From positions 434,001 through 498,000 of the forward strand of contig CBFDEM010000063.1 in assembly GCA_965603825.1 (NCBI GenBank): a stretch of DNA of 64,000 nucleotides, in the 5' to 3' direction. The position numbers were made by a program, and so were the translations under genes. Shown in pieces: positions 1-11,596 of this stretch. The notes beneath the pieces were generated by a model. It worked only from the letters and a program-made list of their open reading frames with translations. It did no database searches and had not been told where the DNA came from. Positions within the stretch are counted from its first letter, which is position 1, and every line of letters begins with the position of its first letter. Origin of the DNA: Blepharisma stoltei ATCC 30299 (Eukaryota > Protista > Ciliophora).

Positions 1-2287
1 CCATTGCAAACCCAACGCTTGCCTTTTTAAGAGCAGGTGCATCATTAGTTCCATCTCCTGTAACTGCAACAACGCTTCCCATTTGTTTAAGTCCAGTCAC
101 AAGTGTATATTTATCTTCTGGCTGAGATCTTGCCAGAACGTCAAGATGTCCTATGATTTTTTTGAAATTCTCGAAATTCCCGACCACGTCATTTCTCACT
201 TTTTTATCTCCAGCGTTTTTGGAATTTCTAGGACAGTCACAAAGCTCAGTCTTGCATTCTTCACATACGACGCCTCCTACTTCTTTTCTGAAATCTTCTC
301 CGATCATAGCTATGCTATTATCATCTGCAATTCCGATGCTTCTTGCAATAGCTAAAGCAGTTATAGGATTATCGCCAGTCACCATTCGGACTTTTATTTG
401 AGCTTTTTTGCAAGCTTGGATTGCATCAGGCACTTCATTTCTTGGAGGGTCATAAATTCCGAAAATCCCAATCAAGTTTAGTCCTTTCTTTTCTAAGACT
501 GGGATTCCGTTTTTGTCGACTTTCTTTAATTTTTCCATATCATCCTCAGTTAAGTCTTTAAAAGCAATTCCTAGTGTTCTTAAGCCCTGCCCAGCCATAG
601 TTTCAATATCTCTCTTTAACTGATACCTTCTATCTTCTTCAACATCTGTTAAAGTCGCATCCAAAGAGAGAATTCTTTTGCTAGATTCTACTAGATATTC
701 AGAAGCTCCAACCACATATATTCTTGTCAAGTTTTCATCATATTTTACAATTGCGCTACCTCTTTTTCTTTTCGAAGCAAACGGGTTGGTTGCTAAAGTA
801 TCATTAATAAAATTTTGCCTAACTTTCATATAATCATTATATCCAAGCATTACAAGCAACTTGATCATGGCGAGCTCAGTTTTTGAACCAATTTCTTTAT
901 CATCTTCTAGCCTTGCGGAGGTAGTTAAACATATTGCGTCTTTTAAGAAATCGAAGTAATCCGAATGCTTTTCAAAGATCTCTTTCAGCTTGGTACTGTC
1001 AATTAGTTTTCCATCAACAGAATATCTTTGGACCTCCATTAAATTTTTTGTTAAAGTTCCAGTTTTATCTGAACAAATGCAGTCTGCTCCTCCCATGGTT
1101 TCGCAAGCATGAAGTCTTTTTACTAAGTTTTGGTCTTTTTGCATCTTTCTAACTGAATAAGCCAGAGATATAGTAACAGCCAACGGTAGACCTTCTGGAA
1201 TAGCTACAGCAATAACAGTGATTCCTACAATAACTGCATCAATTAAGTCATTAATGCTATCTCCAGTACTCCATTCATTATTTCCAGTTCCCAGCTCGAT
1301 AAAGAACCTCAGCCATAAAATCAAAACTACAAAGCCTCCTGCCATCAATCCTAATCCTGAAATTTTATCTGCAAGATTTTCAAGCTTGATTTCTAAAGGA
1401 GTCATTTCGTCATCTTGTTCAGCAAGGCCAGTGATTCTGCCTTCTTTTGAGTAAATTCCAACAGCGATGGCTACCATTATTCCGCTTCCTTCGACTACAT
1501 TAGTCCCTGAGATTACAACAGGTGAAGGGATTTCTCTTTTGGCATGATCTCCTTCAGCTCGGGTTCCTTTTCTGAGGAACTCGTTAAGTCTTTTTAAGCA
1601 CTCTTCATGACCTTCTTTATCGACATTGTCATTCTCTCCTGTAAGCGAAGACTCATTTGTTTGGAGACGTTCAGCTTTAATAAGAATCCCATCAGCTGGA
1701 ATGATTTCACCTTGCACTAGTTTTACTATGTCTCCTACTAATATTTCGCTTGGGTGTAGAGATTTGAATTCTCCATCCCTTAGTACTGTGATCAGTGCCC
1801 TATTTTTATGAAAACTTCTTAGCTCAGCAAATTTTTTTTGCTTTAAATAATTATTAACAGAAGTAACCATAACCACAATAAAAACAGCCATCAGAATTGC
1901 GAACCCTTCAATCCAGCCATATTCTGGATGATCTTCTAATGTAGCCCCAATGACTAGACTAAGTACCCCCATAAATAAAAGAATCCTAAGTATTTTATCT
2001 TTAAGTGCATCCCAGCAAAGTTCACAAAAAGTATCAAGTCTTTTTTCTTCTCTTTTATTTGTACCATAGGCAGCTATTCTCCCTTCAAATCTGCCATTAG
2101 AATTGAGACCTTGGCGGAAATCAACGTCCAACAATTCTTGGAAATTTTCAATTCCGCCACGATTTTCAATTGTGGTAATTTCTTCATCGAACTTTCTGTC
2201 CATATAAGTGTCAACAAGATTTATTAATTCTTCTTTAGGGACCAAATTTGATGATTCTATCAGACTTCTTGATGTCTGCTCAGTCAT
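1..2287 (-). CDS. Plasma-membrane-type Ca2+-ATPase (P2B/PMCA), paralog 1; 3' end runs off the window
   Basis: ATG at 2287 (MTEQTSRSLIESS...). Collinear with the 3520-6759 gene at a constant offset of 4472 nt. Encodes CSDKTGTLT, PEGLPLAV and TGDGTNDAPAL motifs. Absent from the ORF track because no stop is reached inside the window. Confidence 0.95.
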   Translation of the reverse strand, partial: MTEQTSRSLIESSNLVPKEELINLVDTYMDRKFDEEITTIENRGGIENFQELLDVDFRQGLNSNGRFEGRIAAYGTNKREEKRLDTFCELCWDALKDKILRILLFMGVLSLVIGATLEDHPEYGWIEGFAILMAVFIVVMVTSVNNYLKQKKFAELRSFHKNRALITVLRDGEFKSLHPSEILVGDIVKLVQGEIIPADGILIKAERLQTNESSLTGENDNVDKEGHEECLKRLNEFLRKGTRAEGDHAKREIPSPVVISGTNVVEGSGIMVAIAVGIYSKEGRITGLAEQDDEMTPLEIKLENLADKISGLGLMAGGFVVLILWLRFFIELGTGNNEWSTGDSINDLIDAVIVGITVIAVAIPEGLPLAVTISLAYSVRKMQKDQNLVKRLHACETMGGADCICSDKTGTLTKNLMEVQRYSVDGKLIDSTKLKEIFEKHSDYFDFLKDAICLTTSARLEDDKEIGSKTELAMIKLLVMLGYNDYMKVRQNFINDTLATNPFASKRKRGSAIVKYDENLTRIYVVGASEYLVESSKRILSLDATLTDVEEDRRYQLKRDIETMAGQGLRTLGIAFKDLTEDDMEKLKKVDKNGIPVLEKKGLNLIGIFGIYDPPRNEVPDAIQACKKAQIKVRMVTGDNPITALAIARSIGIADDNSIAMIGEDFRKEVGGVVCEECKTELCDCPRNSKNAGDKKVRNDVVGNFENFKKIIGHLDVLARSQPEDKYTLVTGLKQMGSVVAVTGDGTNDAPALKKASVGFAM

Positions 2288-3519
2288 TTATTAATTATTA
2301 GCCTTTAATTCGCCCAAAAATAAATCAATGCTTAAAGGACTTTGCAAGGCAAATTACTTATGAAAATAATTAGGCATGCTCCTATGGCTTAGAATTGGTC
2401 TTATGGTATTTTTGATTGTGAAATTGACTGAGAAGCAGGTTTATAATATTTTTTAAGTTACCAATATTAATGATTACTTCCTGATCATCTGTCTCAAGAT
2501 AAAGCAAAACTGTTATATAATTGAAATAATCATTACCAGAGAGCATCAGGTTCGCGTATCATTCGAATTTTCAGCAGATAAATTAAAATTATATGGCTTA
2601 TAACTATATAATAGCACTAAATATTAAAAGGAGCACCAAGAGAGAAATCAATTAAAATTTTGGTTGTTTTTATGATTGAATTTATTGATAACATAAAACT
2701 TCAAGGGATAAAACTTTCCTTTCCTAAACCAGAATGTTTTTTATCTAGGCATTATTATTCCTCATGTATTCCCCTTGCACATTGAAAACATGTTTTTGGC
2801 TGCTGGGCTATTAGCTCTATTAAGTTTGCAGGTTCTTCTCAATCTAATTCGAACGATTCAACCTATAAGCATTCGGTTGTTGATTAAAATAATTTTTAGG
2901 GCTAAAAAATGGCTACAAAAAACCAGTAAAGCTAAAAACAGGGAGAACTAAAGAAAATTTAATTCTTATACTTACTTTATGTGCGATATACCATAAAAAA
3001 CAGTCTTGCTTAATTTTATTTCTCTATGAATCACTTTTGGAAGCACAGCCGAAAGAAAACAAGTTTAAAATAATTTATTAAACATTAATTTTTTTGTTGA
3101 GGCATTGTTTTTAAAATCCAACCGTAAATTCATCACTGATAAAGAAGCTTTTAGCATTCCAATGACTTATAGCTGCTTCAAAAATATAATTATAATCTGA
3201 CATGTAATTCTATTTTACACAATAACTTACTTATCATTTATAGGATTTTAAAAAAAAATTATCAGCGTGTATGAAAGCAAAAACAATTGCAGCGAGTAGG
3301 TAAAATTGAAAAAATGAAATGGAATTGATTAAACAATATTTATTAATTTAATCTAATTTTACATTCTAACTTATTTCCCTAATTTGACCATTATTTCAGC
3401 ATTTATAGCTACCATTCCTATTGCTAATTGCTGCTAAAAGCAGTGCCAGATATTTATTATTAAATATAACACAGTTTTTATAAAATTGAATTATAATAAG
3501 TTAATAATCCAGGAGATTA

Positions 3520-6500
3520 TTAAGGATTATAATTGCTTGTCATATGACGTTTAAGGCTTTGAGAGCCCTTATGAATGTTGCTTGCAAGGTGACTTGAGGA
3601 AGGCTTGTCATCTACATGTATTTCATGCTTGAACGGAATTAAAATTATTACCCACCTCCATACGATCGGTATAAATCCCCATGCAACGCAAATAAACCAC
3701 TGCTCAACAGTGAGTCCTTCGACATGGCAGTTCATAGCATAGCTGCCAACTTCGACCATAATAACTTGAATTCCAAAAGTAAAGAACCATATCACAATGA
3801 ACAGCCAACTGTTAACAATATTTGATAAAATCCACAGTTCATCAAGCAGCTTTCTTGAATTTATTTCGTTGAAAAGCTGGAATAAGACAAAAACATTAAA
3901 AATAAAAGTCATCATTCTGCTTGGACCTACATCTGGGTCATTATATAAGTCATAATAGTCTTTATCACCATTGAAATAGTAGTCTCTTCCTGACCTTACA
4001 TAGTCGCTACTTCTTGGGTTGTATAAAATTCTTTTCCCTGATCCATATTCTGGAATAAAATATTCCCCAGCATACGTCATAGCAAATAATATAGCGCATT
4101 GCATTATAGCTTGGCCGAATATTTGTTTGAACATCCTAGGGGTAATTATAAAATCTGATATATTGTGAGGCTTTCTAGTCAGCAAGGCATCAGTTGGAGC
4201 TTCAGTTGCCAGAGCAAGGGACGCAAAAGTGTCCATAATGAGGTTAACCCAAAGAAGCTGAACTGCTGTTAAAGGAGACTGCTTAATCGTAACAGCTCCT
4301 ACAATAGCGCAGGTAACAGCTACTACATTTACAGTAAGCTGGAATTGAATAAATCTTTGGATATTATCATAAATGCTCCTTCCCCATTTGACTGCTTTTA
4401 CAATTGAGCCGAAATTATCATCAAGTAAAATAATATCAGCTACTTCTTTAGCAAGCTCAGTCCCTGCAATTCCCATTGCAAACCCAACATTTGCCTTTTT
4501 AAGAGCAGGTGCATCATTAGTTCCATCACCTGTAACTGCAACAACGCTTCCCATTTGTTTTAGTCCAGTCACAAGTGTATATTTATCTTCAGGCTGAGAT
4601 CTTGCTAAAACATCAAGATGTCCAATGATTTTTGTAAAATTTTCAAAATTCCCGACCACATCATTTCTCACTTTTTTATCTCCAGCGTTTTTGGAATTTC
4701 TAGGACAGTCACAAAGCTCAGTCTTGCATTCTTCACATACGACGCCTCCTACTTCTTTTCTGAAATCTTCTCCGATCATAGCTATGCTATTATCATCTGC
4801 AATTCCAATGCTTCTTGCAATAGCTAAAGCAGTTATAGGATTATCGCCAGTCACCATTCGGACTTTTATTTGAGCTGTTTTACAAGCTTGGATTGCAGCA
4901 GGTACTTCAGGTCTGGGAGGGTCATAAATTCCAAAAATCCCAATCAAGTTTAGTCCTTTCTTTTCTAAGACTGGAACTCCACTTTTATCGACTGCTTTTA
5001 AGTTTTCCATGTCATCCTCAGTTAAGTCTTTAAAAGCAATGCCTAGTGTTCTTAAGCCTTGTCCTGCCATAGTTTCAATGTCCCTTTTCATTTGATGTCT
5101 TCTATCTTCGTCAATATCAGCTAAAGAAGCATCCAAAGTGAGATTTTTTTTGCTGGATTTTACCAAATATTCTGAAGCTCCTACAACATATATTCTTGCC
5201 AAGTCTTCGGAGTATCTGACGACTGTGCTGCCTCTTTTTCTTTTAGATGCAAAAGGATTTGTCACCAAAGTGTCTTTAACAAAATCTTGTCTCACCTTCA
5301 TATAGTCTCCATGCCCAACAGTTAGAAGCAGTTTGATCATTGCAAGTTCAGTTTTTGAGCCAATTTCTTTTTCATCTTCTATTCTTGCAGCTGTTGTCAG
5401 GCAAATCGCATCTTTTAAGAAACTAAAGTAGTCTGGGTGCTTGTCAAGGACACCTTTCAGCTTGCTGCTATCAATTAGATTCCCATCAACTGAATATCTT
5501 TGGACTTCCATCAAATTTTGCGTCAAAGTGCCAGTTTTGTCTGAACAAATGCAGTCAGCTCCTCCCATGGTTTCGCAGGCATGAAGTCTTTTTACTAAGT
5601 TTTGATCTGTTTGCATCTTTCTTACAGAGTATGCTAGCGATATGGTAACTGCTAATGGTAGACCTTCAGGTATGGCTACAGCAATAACAGTGATGCCTAC
5701 AATGACAGCATAAATTAAGTCTGTAATGCTGTCACCAGTACTCCATTCATTATTTCCAGTTCCCAGCTCTATAAAGAATCTCAGCCATAATACCAAAACT
5801 ACAAAAGCTCCTGCACCTAAGCCTAGCCCTGAAATCCTATCAGCAAGATTTTCAAGCTTGATTTCTAAAGGAGTCATTTCGTCATCTTGTTCAGCAAGAT
5901 CAGTGATCCTGCCTTCTTTTGAGTAAATCCCAACAGCAATGGCTGCCATTATTCCGCTTCCTTCTACAACACTAGTCCCTGAGATTACAACAGGTGAAGG
6001 AATTTCTCTTTTGGCATGGTCTCCTTCAGCTCGGGTTCCTTTTTTGAGAAATTCTTTAAGTCTTTTTAAGCACTCTTCATGGCCTTCTTTTTCGACATTG
6101 TCGTTTTCTCCTGTAAGAGAAGACTCATTTGTTTGAAGACGTTCAGCTTTAATGAGAATTCCGTCTGCTGGAATTATATCTCCTTGCACCAGTTTTACTA
6201 TGTCTCCTACTAAAATGTCGCTTGGGTGTAAAGATTTGAACTCCCCATCCCTCATGACTGTCATAAGTGCTCTATTCTTATGGATGCTTTTAAGCTCAGC
6301 AAACTTTTTTTGCTTTAAGTAGTTGTTGGTAGAAGTGACCATAACAACAATAAAAACAGCCATAAGGATTGCGAAACCTTCAATCCAGGCGTACTCTGGA
6401 TGATCTTCTAGTGTTGCTCCAATAATAAGACTAAGTGTCCCCATGACGAGAAGAATCCTAAGAATTTTGTCTCCAAGGGCATCCCAGCACAGCTCACAGA

Positions 6501-6759
6501 AAGTGTCGAGCTCTTTTTCTTCTCTTTTGTTAGTGCCGTATGCTGCTATTCTTTCTTCAAAGTCATCGTCAGATGCTAGACCTGCTCGAAAATCAACACC
6601 TAACAGCTCTTGGAAAATTTGGATTCCTCCCCTCTCTTCAATCCTTGCAATCTCCTCGTCGAATTTTCGGTCCATATAAGTGTCTACTAGATTGATCAAA
6701 TCTTCTTTGGCGACGAAATTCGAGGAGTCTATGAGACCTCTTGATGTCTGCTCAGTCAT
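3520..6759 (-). CDS. Plasma-membrane-type Ca2+-ATPase (P2B/PMCA), paralog 2, 1079 aa
   Basis: DKTGTLT phosphorylation motif, ESSLTGE, PEGLPLAVT, TGDGTNDAPALK, QLLWVNLIMDTFASLALATE and hydrophobic C-terminal helices. Confidence 0.97.
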   Translation of the reverse strand: MTEQTSRGLIDSSNFVAKEDLINLVDTYMDRKFDEEIARIEERGGIQIFQELLGVDFRAGLASDDDFEERIAAYGTNKREEKELDTFCELCWDALGDKILRILLVMGTLSLIIGATLEDHPEYAWIEGFAILMAVFIVVMVTSTNNYLKQKKFAELKSIHKNRALMTVMRDGEFKSLHPSDILVGDIVKLVQGDIIPADGILIKAERLQTNESSLTGENDNVEKEGHEECLKRLKEFLKKGTRAEGDHAKREIPSPVVISGTSVVEGSGIMAAIAVGIYSKEGRITDLAEQDDEMTPLEIKLENLADRISGLGLGAGAFVVLVLWLRFFIELGTGNNEWSTGDSITDLIYAVIVGITVIAVAIPEGLPLAVTISLAYSVRKMQTDQNLVKRLHACETMGGADCICSDKTGTLTQNLMEVQRYSVDGNLIDSSKLKGVLDKHPDYFSFLKDAICLTTAARIEDEKEIGSKTELAMIKLLLTVGHGDYMKVRQDFVKDTLVTNPFASKRKRGSTVVRYSEDLARIYVVGASEYLVKSSKKNLTLDASLADIDEDRRHQMKRDIETMAGQGLRTLGIAFKDLTEDDMENLKAVDKSGVPVLEKKGLNLIGIFGIYDPPRPEVPAAIQACKTAQIKVRMVTGDNPITALAIARSIGIADDNSIAMIGEDFRKEVGGVVCEECKTELCDCPRNSKNAGDKKVRNDVVGNFENFTKIIGHLDVLARSQPEDKYTLVTGLKQMGSVVAVTGDGTNDAPALKKANVGFAMGIAGTELAKEVADIILLDDNFGSIVKAVKWGRSIYDNIQRFIQFQLTVNVVAVTCAIVGAVTIKQSPLTAVQLLWVNLIMDTFASLALATEAPTDALLTRKPHNISDFIITPRMFKQIFGQAIMQCAILFAMTYAGEYFIPEYGSGKRILYNPRSSDYVRSGRDYYFNGDKDYYDLYNDPDVGPSRMMTFIFNVFVLFQLFNEINSRKLLDELWILSNIVNSWLFIVIWFFTFGIQVIMVEVGSYAMNCHVEGLTVEQWFICVAWGFIPIVWRWVIILIPFKHEIHVDDKPSSSHLASNIHKGSQSLKRHMTSNYNP

Positions 6760-7626
6760 TTATTAATTATTCGCCTTTTATTTTAGACCAAAAGAAATCA
6801 ATGTATAGAGACTAGGACACTAAATACTAGTGGGCTAAACTATTTAGGCTCATCTTTGATGCTAAAGCATGAATTTTTTAAGCTTTTGATAGATAAGTTG
6901 GCTTCAGAGAAATTGGTAAGGTATATTAATAACAGAAAAAACTGATATAAAAGTTTTATGACTTAAAGGCAATTGTGATAGCTGGGTGTATTGTTTAAGG
7001 TCCCTCGTTATAAGATTTCGGAAGTATATTTTCAGGAAGGAATTTTTACCAAGAATAATAAGAAGGGCTGATCATAATTTACCTTAAATTTTAAAAGGCT
7101 CATTAAAATTATATAAATCAGCTGAAATTTTAATTAGATAATTTTTGCTTTATAATGAGCACAAAAGTGCTTATGAAGGAAAAGTGTAATAATTTAAGCT
7201 CAACCAATCAAAAATTAATTTATCTTGAATCTTTTGACTATAAAATCAATATGAAGTTCATTTGACTTGTCGAATAAAATGCTTCTTGGATTTATTGAAA
7301 AATGGTGAGAGATAATGGCATTAAATTTAATCAAAGCAAGATTAAAATGCAGCATATTATCTTTACTTTTCGCGCTAATTATTCCAATTTAAAACTTATC
7401 AAATAAAATCTTTTAAAATTATTGTTTTCGACTATTTTTACTCGATAGGTAGCAAAGCAATTTTAATATCCAGCCAGGCGTTAATTAACTCAAAAAATTT
7501 AATTTTACTGAATAAATTAAATAGTGAAACCCACAAAATGTTTTCGCTTCAAATGCTCTTTTATTTCATATTTAAAAATCTCCATCACCAATTTTGAAAC
7601 TTAAATGTCATAATTTATAAAAATTT

Positions 7627-7827
7627 ATGGGATGTGCATCTATTAAGGCTAGGAACGCCAAAGAGCCTAATATCAACCTAAGTCGTTCGTCTGAACAAGA
7701 AAGGCACGAAAAGAGACAAAAAGCACTAGAAGCAACTGAAAAAAGACTCAATGAGCAAAACCGAAAAGGATTATCAGAAGCAACACTCAAAATGATAGAA
7801 GAAAAGAAAAAAAATGCCATTGCTTAA
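7627..7827 (+). CDS. SVIP: Small VCP/p97-interacting protein (SVIP)-like, 66 aa
   Basis: MGC N-terminus (myristoylation/palmitoylation). EKRQKALEATEKR...RKGL resembles the SVIP VCP-interacting motif (R-x5-AA-x2-R) and following RG. Size matches the family. Confidence 0.65.
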   Translation: MGCASIKARNAKEPNINLSRSSEQERHEKRQKALEATEKRLNEQNRKGLSEATLKMIEEKKKNAIA

Positions 7828-7907
7828 TTATAACTTCATTATTTACGATTTTTATAAATTTTTTGATAATTCTTCTATTTAACTATTTATTAACAGATCA
7901 TTTATAT

Positions 7908-9125
7908 ATGAATTTTCCTCCGATAATTATCAGAAATTCTTATAATGAAGGAATATCGAGCTCTTTTGAAAAATCATTTTCCAAGACCCCAATTCCTAAA
8001 CTACCCAGAATCCGGGCTCTAAGCCAAAGAAATTCCTCAAACCAAATCACAATCAGAAGCCGAAACAGCAACCATTCCCAGCATTACAGTGAAATATCTG
8101 ACGAAATCGACATAAAACTAAGGCACCATCTAGAAGCAAAAGACGCCTTAATAAAACAATACACATTCCAATCAAATAAAAAGCAAGAGCTTGAAGAAAA
8201 AATCAAAAAAAAAGAAAGAAAAGAACGTTTGTCTTTACAATTGCAAAAAGTCTATGGGTATTCCTTTGATAAGGACATTTATAGGCTAGAAGATGAAGAA
8301 ATGATACAAAAAGCATCAGATTTTTATAAAGAAAAAAAATCTTTCCTTGGGATTGTAAAATTCCAACGGATGTGGCATCAGCATTTCATCAAAAATAAAA
8401 TTCAAATAGAAAAAATAAAAATAAATTCAGCAGCAAGAAAAATACAAAATTGCTGGCTGGATTATTATCGTAAAGCTGTTTTGCCAAGAAAATTGCTGGA
8501 AAAGAGAATTAAAGCAGCTACAATAATTCAGAAATATATAAGAGGGTACTTCCAAAGACAAAGCTATCTACTATATAAACATCAGAAAAATCTTGCTTTA
8601 GCTTTTAAATATATGGAAGATTTCAAAAATAAAATTTTAGAAAAAAATACGATAATTATACAAAGAAATTGAAGGTCTTATAAGCTTAGGCAAAGTATAG
8701 CGAAAAGATTAGAAAGAAAAAGAAAAAAACGAAATGTTATTCCTTTAAGGACTTTAAAAAGAGAAAACACTGAATTTGATGGGAAAACTAGCAATGATAA
8801 TTCTCCAAGAAGACATAACCAGGACTCTTCGCCAAGAAAAATTAACTTTGATGATAATAAGCCATTTGAGAGCTCACCGAGAAAAATAAATATCGAAAAT
8901 TCACCCAAAAAATTAAATTTAGATAACTCTCCACGAAAATTCGAAGATACTTTACGAAAATCGAAAGAAGACATCCCTCCGCTTCGCATAAAACCTGAAA
9001 ATTCCCCAAAAAAATCCAAATCCAAAGCCGAAGACTACGGAAAAAAACCCAAAAAAGAAAAGCACGGTCTAATAAAACTAATAAAGCCGACAAGTCCCAA
9101 GAAAAAACCCAAAAAAATAATATAA
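7908..9125 (+). CDS. IQ-motif (calmodulin-binding) protein with basic SP[RK][RK]-repeat tail, ~405 aa
   Basis: IQ motifs FQRMW, IQNCWLDY and IQKYIRGY. A fourth, IQRN-TGA-RSY, is completed by TGA(8670)=Trp. The frame stays open to TAA at 9123-9125. Confidence 0.85.
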
Positions 9126-9142
9126 TTTGTTTATAATAAGAA

Positions 9143-10198
9143 ATGGGAGACGATGACAAAAAAGCAGAAAGGCGCATAATTGAGCCTCAGCCTAGTCTTG
9201 TTTACTATTTACACTGCCGACCTTACATAAACCATTTCCACCGCCAGCTGCCTACATTTGCAGAAGACTCTCCTCAGCTTTCAATTTGCCGAAATTTAGT
9301 ATGCTCATTTAAGAATAAAAAGCCATCCCCAGTCTTTTCAGTTCAATGGACAAATCATGGAAAGCGTGCCATTATAGGCTGTGACTCAGGGGAGTTTTTA
9401 TTGTGAAGCGGGATCAATTTTAAGTATGAAAGCTTGATCCAAGTCCACAGATATGGAGTTCGAGCAATGAAATGAACTAAAAATTACCATTTCATGATCT
9501 CAGGCGACAATAATGGCTATATCATCGTCTCTAAAAACAACATGAAAACTCTTAAAGAAGAACAAGGCCACGAAGAAGCTGTTAGAGACCTCTCCTTTTC
9601 TCCTGGAGACGGCACAAAATTTGTATCATGCTCTGATGACCGCCTTGGCAAAGTCTGAGACTTCGCCACTATGAGAATAGAAAGAGAACTCGCAGGGCAC
9701 GGCTGGGATGTGAAGTGCACAGACTGGCATCCTTATAAATCTCTAATAGCAACTGGCAGTAAAGATAGCTTAGTCAAACTCTGAGACCCCAAAACATCAG
9801 CCGAACTATTCTCAGTTCATGCTGGAAACAACGCAGTAACTAGAGTCAGATGAAGCATTAATGGGAATTATTTATTAACAGGCTCAAGGGACACAATGGT
9901 GAAGCTTTACGACGTAAGAACTATGAGAGAAATGCAGGTCTTTAAAAGACACAGTAAAGAAGTCAGCAGTCTAGCTTGGCATCCTTTTCAGCCTGACTTA
10001 TTTGTGACAGGCGGTTTTGATGGGAGTTTAGGCTTTTGGATCGTAGGATATGATGAACCTGCCTGTTTTATAGAAAATGCACATGCAGGGGTTATAAGGG
10101 ACACAGCTTGGCATCCATTAGGACATTTGTTAGCGACTGGGAGTAAAGATTGTTTTACAAGATTTTGGAGCAGGACTTACACACCTAATATTAATTAA
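9143..10198 (+). CDS. WDR33: WDR33/Pfs2 pre-mRNA 3'-end processing WD40 protein, 351 aa
   Basis: One frame when TGA at 9404, 9473, 9656, 9782 and 9851 are Trp. Motifs [33 protein letters not shown] and [22 protein letters not shown] are typical of WDR33. Confidence 0.93.
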
Positions 10199-10237
10199 TG
10201 AAAATTTATATAGAATTGGCCTTTATTAAACGTAAAT

Positions 10238-11482
10238 ATGAATGGGACTATTGCACCAGCATATAGTTTAACTGGGAGAAGAGATAATTATAACCCTAAC
10301 CCAGTGCCAGGGCCTGGGGACTACCGAATAGAGACGGAATTTTATAAATATTCAAGTAAGCATAGCTTCCCACAAGCCCCAAAGCTCCAGCTTAAGCATA
10401 AAGAAGTCCCTGGGCCTGGATCTTATGAAATCCCTACCACAATCGGAAAAGGCCCAGTCGCTGTTTTGAGTGCTAGGACCAGCACTGAGAAAAACAGTCA
10501 GTCCCCTGGGCCTGGAGAATACTCCCCAAGTATCCAAGAAAAATTGCCTGCGTTTTCGTTTGGGATTAAGCCAGAGAGAAAATCAAGTGATTCCCCTGGG
10601 CCTGGGCATTATGATACAGAAATTAAAGAAATTAAGCCTTCTCCACCAAAAACAAAGTAATTTTTATACAGATTTGGAAGCTCAAAAAAAGAACCCGAAC
10701 ATATTGTAGGAAAAGACTCACCTGGGCCAGGCCGTTATGCATGTTATTCTGAATTTGGAAAAACCCCGAAATATGGGTTTGGGACATCTAGACGAGAAAA
10801 AGAGTACTCTTCAACGTATACCCCAGGCCCTGGAGCTTATGCTCTAAATGCAAGCTGGAATGAAGGGCCTAAAGCGGTATTAAGGGCTAAAAATTATTAT
10901 TATAAACCTTCAGATTCCCCTGGACCTGGAGCGTATTCTCCTAAAGATTTTTCTGATAGTCCTGGGTGGTCTTTAGGAAAATCAACAAAAGAGCCTGAAT
11001 ATTATAGAAGTTTTACCCCATCTCCTGGACAATATGAAATAAAAAATTTTGATTCACTTCCAAAGTATAGTTTAGGAAAAAGTTCAAGAAATGGGCTACA
11101 GTCTAATATAACACCTGGACCTGGCCATTACAGCCCTGAAAAAAATATAGATAAAAAGAAAATATCTATTGGGAAAAAATGAACATATGATTTTAGATCA
11201 GAATCGCCAGGACCAGGAAAGTATTCTCCTAATCATGTATTTCTAGAAAAAACAACAGCTGCCGTTTTTGGGACTGATAAAAAGCTGAGATGGGATAAAG
11301 ATGAAAGCTTGCCGTCACCTTTTGAGTATGACATAAGCTTGAACTCAAGTAAAGGTGGATTCAGCATTCCAAAAGCTCCAAAGGAGCCAAATCTAAATAA
11401 TTTTTCGCCAGGACCCGGGCATTATAATATATCCAGTACGCTTGGAAAAGCTGGACTTTCTGCCTTGAATAAAAATATTTAA
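10238..11482 (+). CDS. SHIPPO/ODF3-like PGPGxY repeat axonemal protein (one 15-nt intron, one UGA-Trp)
   Basis: More than ten [ST]PGPGxY repeats continue in the same frame across intron 10657-10671 and TGA 11180 to TAA 11480-11482. Confidence 0.9.
10657..10671 (+). other. 15-nt spliceosomal intron gtaatttttatacag
   Basis: GT-AG, A at position 10, contains the in-frame TAA that interrupts the repeat protein. Confidence 0.9.
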
Positions 11483-11596
11483 TTCGATTTAATTAATTTT
11501 CAACCAAATTAATTAGAATTCATCATATTAAAAGTTACCACAAGACCATTTTTTCGATAGACCAATTTGATCTGATTCTTATGATTTTTTATCAGT

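Noticed and set aside
2300-3500. Long spacer between the PMCA copies with some mixed-composition patches
   Set aside because: Only short ATG-less frames (<50 codons) were found where inspected, with no recognisable motif or repeat.
83-6679. Numerous plus-strand ORFs (83-355, 153-401, 1218-1454, 4373-4597, 4625-4873, etc.), some appearing duplicated
   Set aside because: Antisense shadows of the two PMCA genes; their repetition only reflects the gene duplication.
10291-10302. taaccctaaccc, telomere-like
   Set aside because: Encodes NPNP within the SHIPPO-repeat gene; only two units and not the heterotrich CCCTAACA repeat.
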